Shown in pieces: positions 9,648 through 19,336 of a stretch of 64,000 bases of DNA. The stretch comes from Epithemia pelagica (taxonomy: Eukaryota > Protista > Bacillariophyta). The notes below the pieces were generated by a model. The model made no database searches. It was given only the letters and a program-made list of their open reading frames with translations, and was not told where the DNA came from. The position numbers were made by a program, and so were the translations under genes. Each line of letters starts with the position of its first letter. The stretch's first letter is position 1. The DNA lies in NCBI GenBank assembly GCA_946965045.2, contig OX337230.1, positions 1,426,001-1,490,000 of the forward strand, given 5' to 3'.

Positions 9648-10931
9648 ATGTCTTCTTCAGTTGTTTGGGTTCAGCTCTACTACAATGGAACGGATAATCC
9701 GGAGGGCGACCCCATAAAAGTTAGTCCAGTACCTGATGATGTTGCCGACTTGAAAGGTATAGTGTACCCTCGAAAAAGCAAGTCTCTCCAACACTGTGAT
9801 CCTGATGATTTGATTCTCTTCCCACCGAAATCTTCTCGTGGCAAGAAAAAGTATAACGTAGGCAAGAAATTGGAAGAGTTAGTGGATGAGTTGAAGTATG
9901 CATCTACTCCCACATCCTTTGATAGCCCCTTGGTCGTGGTGGCACCCGATCCAAAGAAACAGCCGTCAGGTGACCCAGGCTATCCTTTCCATGACAACAT
10001 TTACCCGAACAAGCCGAGTACACGGAGACCGCCCTTGCCGCCAACTCCCGAGACCCAACAACAACAACAACAACCGCAGCAAACTGATCCCATGGTGACA
10101 AACGCCTTGCAGATTTTGAGTATTTCGATGGAGCGAAAAGCCGCATGTCGGATGTGGACCGGAGACCCGACGGTCTATGATTTGAAAGCTACGTCATACC
10201 AAGACTTCGATAAAGCAGTGAGAGCTAAGTATGCCTTTCTTGACGATGAAGAGAATATCTCTTACTATGTCATCAAGCAGAAACGTGATGTTAGTTCTCG
10301 CGCTTATATATCCAACGACGATGAGTTGAACGACTTCTTTGATCTCGCAGGGAAACCAACGATTATTATTTGGCCTCGTGGAAATCCGTCGTTATCTCCA
10401 GCCTCGCTGCCCTCTGAGATAGAAATACATCTTTCGAGTGCAGAGTCTGTTTCCGAGTCTTCAGGGTCCTCTTGCGGCTATGCGCAGACACTTTTTCGAC
10501 AAGCGGTGCGAAAGCGTGACGGAAATCAATGTGTTTTGTCCGGCGAGGTATTAAGACCGAAAGCGGGAAATGTGGAAGCGGCTCACATCTTCGGTATTGA
10601 AGGGTCTCTTTGTAGCCAACGAGATGCTGCTGGAGTGCTGAACGCCTACGATACTTTGAATGGAATGCTTTTGGAGAAGTCGTTGCATGTGGCCTTTGAT
10701 GCTTATGATTGTTGTAAGGATGAATTTCTGGTCGTTCACGTGTCTAAGGAGGGCAAGTGGCGAGGTCTGCAGCAGTGGGATGGTAAAAAAGTGAGACTCT
10801 CAGTCGGTTCCCCCCTTTTCCCGTCTAGAGAGCTTCTGCAGGCCCGTTTTGCCCTGTACAAAGAGAGGCAGAGAGGAGACAAGACCTCAGGGCCAGCCGC
10901 TCCACGACGCAGTGGACCAAAATCACTTTAA
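9648..10931 (+). CDS. Crinkler(CRN)-like protein: N-terminal ubiquitin-like header, Pro/Gln linker, PB1-like domain, C-terminal HNH endonuclease
   Basis: Header VWVQLY...GDPIKV...DVADLK...LQHCDPDDLILF. HNH motifs FRQAVRKRDGNQCVLSG, VEAAHIF and NGMLLEKSLHVAFD. Intronless. Confidence 0.85.
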   Translation: MSSSVVWVQLYYNGTDNPEGDPIKVSPVPDDVADLKGIVYPRKSKSLQHCDPDDLILFPPKSSRGKKKYNVGKKLEELVDELKYASTPTSFDSPLVVVAPDPKKQPSGDPGYPFHDNIYPNKPSTRRPPLPPTPETQQQQQQPQQTDPMVTNALQILSISMERKAACRMWTGDPTVYDLKATSYQDFDKAVRAKYAFLDDEENISYYVIKQKRDVSSRAYISNDDELNDFFDLAGKPTIIIWPRGNPSLSPASLPSEIEIHLSSAESVSESSGSSCGYAQTLFRQAVRKRDGNQCVLSGEVLRPKAGNVEAAHIFGIEGSLCSQRDAAGVLNAYDTLNGMLLEKSLHVAFDAYDCCKDEFLVVHVSKEGKWRGLQQWDGKKVRLSVGSPLFPSRELLQARFALYKERQRGDKTSGPAAPRRSGPKSL

Positions 10932-11283
10932 AGGTATTTTCTAATAGCCCATTTGTGGTTTCCATTGGGTTTTGGAGGTAATGAGGATATCTTGTGGCAA
11001 TACTAGTACCTCTCGTTTTGGCTGCTTGTTCCATCATTTCACAGACCGCGACAATGAGGATATCAGAAAGTTGAGCTGTTGGACTCGACGACCTTCTTGA
11101 TTCATTCTTGACTTGTTGTGTACCTTACCCTTGCAAACCTACTACTAGTACTTTGTTTGTGGATATCTTTTGACTCTGTTGTGAGGAAGGTATCGTAGAG
11201 TATCTTCTTGCTGCCATCTTCTCAACGGAGAGTTTTAACGGTCGAAGAAACGGGTGACCAACGACTGACGTCATTGAAATATC

Positions 11284-11375
11284 AATATCTCGAAGAATGA
11301 TGTGCCAGTCGTGACTCAAAAGGCGAGTCCCGGTTTGTTGCACGGGACCACCTATCGTGACTCAGAAAGGACTCC
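11284..11375 (+). repeat. Direct repeat copy 2 (~92 bp)
   Basis: Near-identical to 9050-9137 with an extra ACGG at 11342-11345. The upstream 10-mer GACCAACGAC is also shared (9036-9045 and 11256-11265). Confidence 0.95.
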
Positions 11376-11473
11376 TGGGTCCCGGGTTGTTCATGTTCGC
11401 CATGTTTATGTCACACTTTTCTGTCACACTTTTCTGTTGATGGTTTCGCTCCTAAGTTTTGGGAAGGTCAACC

Positions 11474-14400
11474 ATGAAGTTTCGGGCACTTTGGGTCGAC
11501 TATAGGAATGATGCCATTGTCCGGCTTCTTGCCGAAAGGGAAATGGAAGATGAGATTCCAATGGTGACGATTCGTGCCTCGGAACCGTTCCTGGATGACG
11601 AAAGCGATAGTGACAGCAGTGAAGATGCGGCTACCATCGGCGGGACTCCACAAGAGGAAGACGAGACCATGTCATTTACCAACGACTCCCCAATGGATGA
11701 ACAGCTATGGAAAGAGACATCCAACTCGAGCAATGATTTGTCATCTGAAAGAGAATATGTACCGGAATGTTGCGTCGACATAGTTCCCATCAATAACAGT
11801 AGCGTGAACCAACCGGCCGATCCCTCAGAAGAGCAGAAACAGTCGTTTTTATCTTCCAATCATCAGGATGATCTAAAGCTTGAACTGCTTGAACCGCTTC
11901 AGCCGGAAATCCAAGAATATCCCGCATTTATGCGAGAAGCTTGTTCGACATCACCAAGTTTCTTCCAAAGTTGGACCAAGAATCATAGTCGAAAGCTTAT
12001 CGCAAATGAACCATGGCATGAAAACATTCGTTCTTTACTATTCCGGCGTCACTTTCCTGTTCCTTCCCTTTCGGCATGGCTCCAGTTGGAGCTGGACTTT
12101 TTCAAGAAGATCAGATTTCTCTGTTCTGCAAGGTCTTGGAGACCGAACTTCATGGAGCACAGATCGACGACGACAGACGACCAGGATTGCACCCATGCCA
12201 ACAAGTTGAATGAAAAAGAACCGTCATTCAAGAAGATCCAGAAAAGAGAGTCTTTTTCATGCGAAACGCTTTCTCAGGACAAAACACATGGCAAGGAAAG
12301 TTCAATGACAAATTCACGTGCCATAGTTCCCTATGTTCCAGTGAAAAAGATGTCACCACCAGATCATGGAAACGAGACTGATCACGGAAAAATGCTTGGG
12401 TTCGTAAATATGATTGCTCAGCATATCGGAAAACAGGGTCTAATGCAAACGCCCATCAGTGGTAGGCACGCTGAAAAGGTGGAGGATCAACACGATCCAT
12501 CAGATGAATGTCTTGACGCTGCGACCATGCTTGGTTGTCCAACTTTGGCAGTTCCACACAAGCCACTTCAATCCAGGAAAGAGTTCGACCTGTTTACGCA
12601 GATCCCATCAAGCAGGAAGGAGCGAACGGGAGAGGGCGCGATAGGAGATCGAAAAGACACAGGCATCGCGAGGTTCAAGAAAAAGCCAAGGAACATGAAC
12701 GGGGCGAATACCGACAAAGTAAGTGAACGGACTGACAAGTTTTCCAGCAACGATGGGTTGAAAGCCCTGCTCATGACCGAAGAAATGGCAGAAGGTGGCG
12801 AAGCCACCAACGATGAACAGAAGGACGGTATGACAAACAGTGACGAAGCCCACGTACCCAAGAATGTAAATGCGAGAAAACGGGAAGTGTCCTTCGTGGA
12901 ACCATCATCTTCCCCAGCTGCCAAGATAGAAAAGCAGACCAGAAAGCGAAAGCGAAAAGAAGAGCGGAAAGAACGGAGACAGAAGAGACGCGAAAGGAAA
13001 GAAAGGAAAAGACTGGATCGTTCATCGCGGAAAGAACCCTTTCATGAAGAAACTCATGGAGAGGAAGATACCCGCGAGATAAGACAGGGCAAGTTGGATC
13101 GTGAGAAGGCTCCTGAAATTCAGTCCCATGATCACGAGTGCACCTCAAAGAGTATCGGACTTGTACAATCTGACGAGAGCCACAAGAAAAGTCACACAAT
13201 GCCGAAAGTCCTTCCTGAAAGAGGGATCGACGAAAAGGGTTCGACGATGCCATTTCTGATGGGTCTTGTCAGTGCCAGCCTTAAATCCAGTCAACTCCGC
13301 AAGAGCTTTTCTTTTCAGAACAAAGATACTTCTCGAGCGGAACTAAGCAGCCAGAATGTACCAAAGAGTAATCAAAAGCAAGAAAGGCAAGTGGTATCTA
13401 CTAATGCAGTACAGGGGGAAGTTCTTGATTCCGAAAGAGACAAGCAACCGCCTTGTACCAGTAACGAAACCAATAAAGAATCTCCGAGTAGGCTCCCATT
13501 GGGCCATATTCAAGTACCCAAGTCCGAGGAGCCAAGTTCTGCCAAAATAACAACTGTCATAAAGCCATCGGGCGACAAAAGGCCGTGCCCCGATTCGAAA
13601 GTGCAAACTAAGCCCATGCCCACATCTTCAACAAAACCACAATCCTTGAGTTCCATCAGGCCTCGGGAGCCTATGGCTTCGAAACTGAAATCATATTCAA
13701 GCAAAGATGCCGGTAACTTCCTTTCGCACACCGTCTCTAGAACAGGGCGACAACTGCTTCCCGGCGTTCGTGCTGTCAACAAGATGAATAAGTTCCCTTT
13801 TCGAGAAAGACCAAGTAACTCCCTAGTGGTACCCACCAAAACGATAGAATCATTCCAAAACCCACTACCAGTGGCTGGGCCAAAGAATGCACGTGGAGAA
13901 CTCAGGACAGCTCCGGACGTTGAATCGAATAAAATGAACCAGACGCTACCCACGCTGACAGCAAGGTCTGAGGGTACGTTTGAAGGATTGCTCACAGAAC
14001 CACCAAGGGATATCGTGGGCATGACAGTCTCAACATCAACAACGAACAACATCCCTCTATTTGAAGACATCCATGATGACCCGACAGCAATTCCCCCGAT
14101 AACAATACTGTGCGCTGAGGACTTCCTGGAGCGTTGGGGACCAATCGTGGCGGCTTTGTCATCCGGGAAGTGGTCGACGACTGAAAACCCGACAAGTGTG
14201 TTGATGTCACAGACAAGCTTACCATACACCAGCGCAAAAATCTTGGTTGAGGACAGCCCCCTTGTTGATCAGTGCAACGTAGACCTCGAGTTGCCTGGAC
14301 GGTCTGCTATACTTATAATTTCCACATCAATTCTTGTCGACGAATACTGCACAAAATCAATTGTGTTGAGGACAGTGGCACTGTCCGGCATAAATCGCTA

Positions 14401-14905
14401 CAAACACCTCCATATCATGCTTGTGCTCGATTCGAAGGTCTCCCCGTCGATTGCCCAGCGTATATTCAAACTCCAATCGTCGATCCTGTCGACCAGGCGC
14501 AGTGGGTCCACTCAACTCTATTTCAAAACTACGGGTGCAGATTCGCTGGCAGGCAGTATCGCAGAGGTGGTCACGGCATACAGAAATGATCTGGGAGGAA
14601 CAAAACACCTGTTTCAAGACTTGCACGACAAGCAAGCCGTCGAGCGCACCATGTTTCTTTTGCACCTCATACCCACTTTGTGCGCATACGGAGCACTGGA
14701 CATATGTCACCTGATCAGAGCTTATTCGGCACAACGATCAACGAAGGGTACGCTTCATCTTCTTTTTACCGATCATCATCTTCGCCAGCACATCATGTTG
14801 GTTGCAACTTCAACAGAATCGGGCAACATTCATCCACAGGCAATGACGCAACTAGCAGAGTTTCTTGTTGCACCCCTTGCGAATTCAACGTGGGGCGAAC
14901 CATAA
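11474..14905 (+). CDS. Hypothetical protein, possible SHOC1/Zip2-like (degenerate XPF/ERCC4-like C-terminal domain)
   Basis: 1143 codons from ATG 11474. N-terminus MKFRALWVDY resembles SHOC1 N-termini as I recall them. Long Lys/Arg-rich disordered middle; C-terminal alpha/beta domain (ILVEDSPL...VDLEL...AILII...YKHLHIML) followed by a helical tail. Confidence 0.45.
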   Translation: MKFRALWVDYRNDAIVRLLAEREMEDEIPMVTIRASEPFLDDESDSDSSEDAATIGGTPQEEDETMSFTNDSPMDEQLWKETSNSSNDLSSEREYVPECCVDIVPINNSSVNQPADPSEEQKQSFLSSNHQDDLKLELLEPLQPEIQEYPAFMREACSTSPSFFQSWTKNHSRKLIANEPWHENIRSLLFRRHFPVPSLSAWLQLELDFFKKIRFLCSARSWRPNFMEHRSTTTDDQDCTHANKLNEKEPSFKKIQKRESFSCETLSQDKTHGKESSMTNSRAIVPYVPVKKMSPPDHGNETDHGKMLGFVNMIAQHIGKQGLMQTPISGRHAEKVEDQHDPSDECLDAATMLGCPTLAVPHKPLQSRKEFDLFTQIPSSRKERTGEGAIGDRKDTGIARFKKKPRNMNGANTDKVSERTDKFSSNDGLKALLMTEEMAEGGEATNDEQKDGMTNSDEAHVPKNVNARKREVSFVEPSSSPAAKIEKQTRKRKRKEERKERRQKRRERKERKRLDRSSRKEPFHEETHGEEDTREIRQGKLDREKAPEIQSHDHECTSKSIGLVQSDESHKKSHTMPKVLPERGIDEKGSTMPFLMGLVSASLKSSQLRKSFSFQNKDTSRAELSSQNVPKSNQKQERQVVSTNAVQGEVLDSERDKQPPCTSNETNKESPSRLPLGHIQVPKSEEPSSAKITTVIKPSGDKRPCPDSKVQTKPMPTSSTKPQSLSSIRPREPMASKLKSYSSKDAGNFLSHTVSRTGRQLLPGVRAVNKMNKFPFRERPSNSLVVPTKTIESFQNPLPVAGPKNARGELRTAPDVESNKMNQTLPTLTARSEGTFEGLLTEPPRDIVGMTVSTSTTNNIPLFEDIHDDPTAIPPITILCAEDFLERWGPIVAALSSGKWSTTENPTSVLMSQTSLPYTSAKILVEDSPLVDQCNVDLELPGRSAILIISTSILVDEYCTKSIVLRTVALSGINRYKHLHIMLVLDSKVSPSIAQRIFKLQSSILSTRRSGSTQLYFKTTGADSLAGSIAEVVTAYRNDLGGTKHLFQDLHDKQAVERTMFLLHLIPTLCAYGALDICHLIRAYSAQRSTKGTLHLLFTDHHLRQHIMLVATSTESGNIHPQAMTQLAEFLVAPLANSTWGEP

Positions 14906-14912
14906 TCGCCTC

Positions 14913-17126
14913 TCAAAAAATCTGAAAGTTCTCATCTGCTGCCTTAAGCTTGGCATAGATAGTACTCAAATCATCGTTGTCTTTAATTGCAAATGGCCCT
15001 TCTTTCTGTTTAGGCCCCTCCATGGCCTTTAACAAGCGAATAAGCTCCTCCTCTTGAGATTCATCCCTGGGGTCAATCTGGTAACCACCAAGAGGTTCCT
15101 CCACAAAATTATTCATCGCGTCTTCAAGCTCCTGCCGTACTTCTTGCCTTCCCTTTCTCGGACCTGAATTCATTTCCAACTCTCGACTCCACGAGCCCTC
15201 GTTGGGGTCAAGACTGATTGGAGGGCCAACTGTTGGAAGAAAAACTCTGGAATAAGTTTCAAAGAAAGCTGTCGACAGCAAGCATGCTACTTCGGCGTCG
15301 CCCTCAGCGACGGAAACTTGACCAGATCCACCAAACTCTTCGTCTACAAAACGATCAAAGCCATCGCTCATCCGGGGTTTTCCGAGACCATTGTGGGCAA
15401 ATCCGTGATCTTGATCAGGAAAGACTTTCACCATATGGTCCTTGACCCGCTTATCGGCGGTCAGTGCATTCATGAGATCTTCTGCGTCCAGTTTGGTTGC
15501 CCCTGGAATGGTATCTTTTTCGGCAAACACTGCCATGACAGCCACAAATCTCTCTTTACCATTCACGTCCCGCGTTGTGCCCACATGATTTTCACCAAAG
15601 AGATCGGCCAGATGGTACCGTGTAGGGTACCATGCAACACAGGCCATTGGATCTACGGGTGGAGGACCGACACGTCCGTCCACGTCATGAATGTTCCGAT
15701 TGGGGAACCACCCTGCAGCAGCTTCCAACGCCCTCCCCCCTCCATAACAAGTTCCCCAGACGACGACACTACTAACGCCATACCGTTCCCGTAGACAGGC
15801 TGCGGCGGCACGAATGTCAATGTTCACACGAAGATCCGTGTGCAGGCCCCGCCACTGCATATATGTTTGGCCTTGTTCGTTTGTTCCAGAAGTTGGACCA
15901 GTCCAGGGCTGGCCTCCAAAAAGGTCAGGCACCATCACAACCACTGGTTGGCATTCGAATGCTATTTTCTCCGCCAGCGCTCTCGTATCATTGGAGAAAG
16001 CACCGTATACATCGCTCAACAGGAGCACACCCTGAACTTCTGAGGCAGACAATTGAGCGCCAGTTGTTGTGTAGGCACCCCAGTCGGAATAATCTCGGTG
16101 CATGACATCCGCATAAATTCCCGTCTCATCACCTTCATCTTGCGCCACATCATCAAATCGAACGGGTCGTCGCGCAGCCTCTTCTCTCCGCGTTTGAATC
16201 TCTCGCAAGCGCTGTTCTGCCGGCGTATCCACTCGACTCGAGTTGTTGCTGTTCCGCGGTTTTCGCCCACCAGCAAGATAGGGTTTGAGGGCATCTCGAC
16301 TGGCCACAACGTAGGCTTGAACATAGGACTGGTTGGAGCCCTGAAATTCCACCACCGACCGAGACAAATTGTCCAGAACCACACGATCTTCCTCGTAATC
16401 ATCCACCATTCGAGCCTCTGCTCCCCAAACCTCTGGTTCCGAACTGGCATTGACTTCTCCCTCCCCTTCCTCTTCATCCATATTCCCACCCACAGAAGGT
16501 TTCCATGCTTTGGTATCTTTGCCGCGATCTTCCTCCTCGACAAATTCAGAAACATCCACGAGATCCTTTCCCTGGTCACTGGCAAACTTTCGAGTTGTAC
16601 TCTCTGGATTCGATTCGAATTCTTCTTCTTCGTCAAATAGTGAGGAATGTGAATACAGCGAGTTGGAGGCTTGGTTCTGAAGGAATCGTTGCACCAGTTC
16701 CGCCTTTCGCCCAGACACTTTCAAGCCTCGCAAGCGAAGTTGTTGCTTGAGCTGCGCCACGGTCAACTGTTCGACGTCGTCACGAGAGAATGTTTGATCT
16801 CGAGACGAATCCGGCAAGACGGCCTCGAAATAATCTTCCTCCGAATCTTGCTCTACATCTTGTTCATTTTCTTTCAAGACAAATGCCGTCGTAGTAAAAG
16901 TTCTATGCGTTTCCCTCCACAATAACTCTCGAGGAGTTCCCCATCCTGGTTTACCCACCACAGATCGCCGTGAAGCAGCCGGACCGACAAAGGAAAAGGC
17001 GTTGCTTCTATCCACAATAGCAATCAGACACAGAAGTCGAGTCACAAGTGTACCGCATGGAAATGGCTGACAGGAAGGCATGCTTTGAGGCCGTGGATGG
17101 AACAAAGATATCTCGGTTCGCATCAT
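14913..17126 (-). CDS. Plastid-targeted SAP-domain + dienelactone hydrolase family protein
   Basis: Signal peptide ending SNA|FSF. SAP motif LTVAQLKQQLRLRGLKVSGRKAELVQR. DLH motifs LLLSDVYG, WGTCYGGG, FAEKD and DHGFAH. Confidence 0.85.
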   Translation of the reverse strand: MMRTEISLFHPRPQSMPSCQPFPCGTLVTRLLCLIAIVDRSNAFSFVGPAASRRSVVGKPGWGTPRELLWRETHRTFTTTAFVLKENEQDVEQDSEEDYFEAVLPDSSRDQTFSRDDVEQLTVAQLKQQLRLRGLKVSGRKAELVQRFLQNQASNSLYSHSSLFDEEEEFESNPESTTRKFASDQGKDLVDVSEFVEEEDRGKDTKAWKPSVGGNMDEEEGEGEVNASSEPEVWGAEARMVDDYEEDRVVLDNLSRSVVEFQGSNQSYVQAYVVASRDALKPYLAGGRKPRNSNNSSRVDTPAEQRLREIQTRREEAARRPVRFDDVAQDEGDETGIYADVMHRDYSDWGAYTTTGAQLSASEVQGVLLLSDVYGAFSNDTRALAEKIAFECQPVVVMVPDLFGGQPWTGPTSGTNEQGQTYMQWRGLHTDLRVNIDIRAAAACLRERYGVSSVVVWGTCYGGGRALEAAAGWFPNRNIHDVDGRVGPPPVDPMACVAWYPTRYHLADLFGENHVGTTRDVNGKERFVAVMAVFAEKDTIPGATKLDAEDLMNALTADKRVKDHMVKVFPDQDHGFAHNGLGKPRMSDGFDRFVDEEFGGSGQVSVAEGDAEVACLLSTAFFETYSRVFLPTVGPPISLDPNEGSWSRELEMNSGPRKGRQEVRQELEDAMNNFVEEPLGGYQIDPRDESQEEELIRLLKAMEGPKQKEGPFAIKDNDDLSTIYAKLKAADENFQIF

Positions 17127-17750
17127 GGACGGTGGTCAAATTCTGTCTTGGTGTTGGGGTGGACTTTGGATTTTGACCTTTGATGGTTGCCCGTGTCACC
17201 AAAAAGCGACAACGAACAGAATCTTTTCGAACGAAAAGCGATCTACGCCCTATCTCTATTTGATAGAAATAAAATGGTATATATCATTGTTGAATGGAAT
17301 GTAACCCGCTAGGTTGTATTAGAATCATTTTGTGGTGACATGCTCGCACTCATAGTCATGGTAGTTAAGATACAGATCGTGTCAAACCGATAGCGTTGAT
17401 CCACAGATAGCCTGTGGTCAATCATGCTTCATCAGCCAGCAGCTTGCTCCTAGTATCTATGTCAATGAACACTCGTTGAAACCAATGATTAAGGACCGCA
17501 TCCCAAGCAAGATCTTGCTTAACTGAAGAATTAGTTTCTAGGCTGGAAGCTGATGATTTTGAGAAAAGGTGGGGGCCAGGACCAGCAAAAGAGTCGAAAA
17601 GAACATGGGTATGTTTTCAACTGGAACGTCTCGATTGCCGGGCTCTCGCCACACAGTCCTCTTTTGAATGGTTCGTTCTAATGAGACAGTTTCTGATAAA
17701 TCAGTAGAAGTAGTAAGTATTGTAAACATTGCGGACATTGGAGTTGCACC

Positions 17751-18554
17751 TTATTGCACAGGATGGGCAACTTCTGGATTGTAGCACATGGTCAATTTGT
17801 CCTTGACACTGATCCACGCATTCAGGTACCAAGGGAGCACGTCCTCGTGTGAAGACATGTGCTGCTGAGAGCTAGTGGTTCTTTTCTCTGTGAAATTATC
17901 TCCTTGAATCAAAACCTCCTTTCTCCCATCCTTGTGAATCGTGGTTGTTTCGGACTTGGTCACTTTCTTGCCGTGCGCAAATTGTGTGGTTCGACTGGTA
18001 TACTGTCTCGTATCGCCATTGTAGCGGAATTCGCCAGTGGAAATGCTCACTTGGAAGCCCGCTCCTGGATGTCCCATTTGAAATCGTGAAGGAATCTTCA
18101 GGCCGGCAATTTTCTTGGTCGCCAAGACATCACCTGACGTCCACAGAAAGGCCAACGGATCTGTGCAAGAGTAGCCGACTCCCACCTTTTTCTTGCGTTT
18201 CCGAGAAGAGCCGGTTTGTGAGGCGTCTGCCGAGTTTCGTCGTTGGTGGCCTGGTTGTTGTTGTGATGTCCTACTAGTATTGGGTTGGTCGTTTTCCTCG
18301 TCATCGTCGTCGTCGTCAAAGCCTCCGTATTTGTAAATGTGATCGTACTGGGACTTGCGCGGAGGATCCATCAAGAGTGCGTACGCGGAGGATATTGCTG
18401 AGAATTGTTTCGTCGCTTCTGCCATTTCTTCTTCGGATGCACTGGTTAGCCGATCCGGATGGTATTGACGTGCCAAGTCACGATAGGCTTTCTTGATTTC
18501 ACCCAAGGATGCCGAATGCGGCACACCCAAGGCCTTGTACGGATCGGGTATCAT
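17751..18554 (-). CDS. J-domain (DnaJ/Hsp40 class C) protein
   Basis: DPYKALGV...EIKKAYRDLARQYHPDR...FSAISSAYALLMDPPRKSQYD, with the HPD motif. Confidence 0.92.
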   Translation of the reverse strand: MIPDPYKALGVPHSASLGEIKKAYRDLARQYHPDRLTSASEEEMAEATKQFSAISSAYALLMDPPRKSQYDHIYKYGGFDDDDDDEENDQPNTSRTSQQQPGHQRRNSADASQTGSSRKRKKKVGVGYSCTDPLAFLWTSGDVLATKKIAGLKIPSRFQMGHPGAGFQVSISTGEFRYNGDTRQYTSRTTQFAHGKKVTKSETTTIHKDGRKEVLIQGDNFTEKRTTSSQQHMSSHEDVLPWYLNAWISVKDKLTMCYNPEVAHPVQ

Positions 18555-19336
18555 GATGCGAAATGTAAATCAATGGAACGTCCAAGACAAGACGAGCAAC
18601 AAAAGTACTTCGCTCCGGGGCGGCGTTGAATGGTTGAAAAATGTATATGTGGCGATATTTTATAGACTTTTGATCAATTCAAACCTTGACTTTGTTTGTT
18701 GTATCATGCTGTTTGCAATTTGCCATGGACCGCCGGTGATTGGCTTGGAGGAGATGGAGGTTGTGCTGGAGACACAAAAGTACCCCTTCGGAGTGCGTTC
18801 CTCACCCCTTCTCTAATTACACGACTACGAGCACATCGCTTTTTGGCGTGAACATGTTCTATGTAGGCCAGAGTGCGTAAGTAGAATTTTGGTACAACCA
18901 AAAATTCCGGAGGATAAGAAATTTTTGGCGTTGCGCTTCGCGCGATTCACTTTTGGCCAAAATTACTTAACACTGCGACATTTCAAAACAGACTATATAC
19001 TTGTGACTCCAAGGGCAAATTAACGCATGCCGACGGCTCGGTTGCACATTCTCGTTCCAAACATTCCATTCGGGCGCGGTGTCTCCGGACACAGGACAGA
19101 CTGAGTTCCGAGAAAAAAATGAGACAGACTTCTTCCTTTGGTGTGTCACAGTTTTTGATCATGTGGGTGGTACGGGTTTTCCCGTGGGGTTGAGGAGGGA
19201 CAGACCTGGACTGGTCTCTCCGCCATGGACTTTGCCGTCGCCACCAGTTGCTTGTTTTGGATGCGTTTGCCCTGATTCCTCAAGAATTTCTTGTCTGGTG
19301 TTCGTCTTTTCAATTTGACGAAAGCCGTGCATATCC

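Noticed and set aside
10825-11343. Minus-strand ORFs downstream of repeat copy 2 (MAARRYST...KVLVVGLQG and MMEQAAK...), considered as an antisense antitoxin or a gene remnant
   Set aside because: Short and without recognisable domains; joining them needs an implausibly short (~37 nt) intron.
9050-11375. The direct repeats interpreted as LTRs of a TRIM/LARD element
   Set aside because: No TG...CA termini, no PBS/PPT and no short outer TSD; the repeat looks like host promoter sequence.
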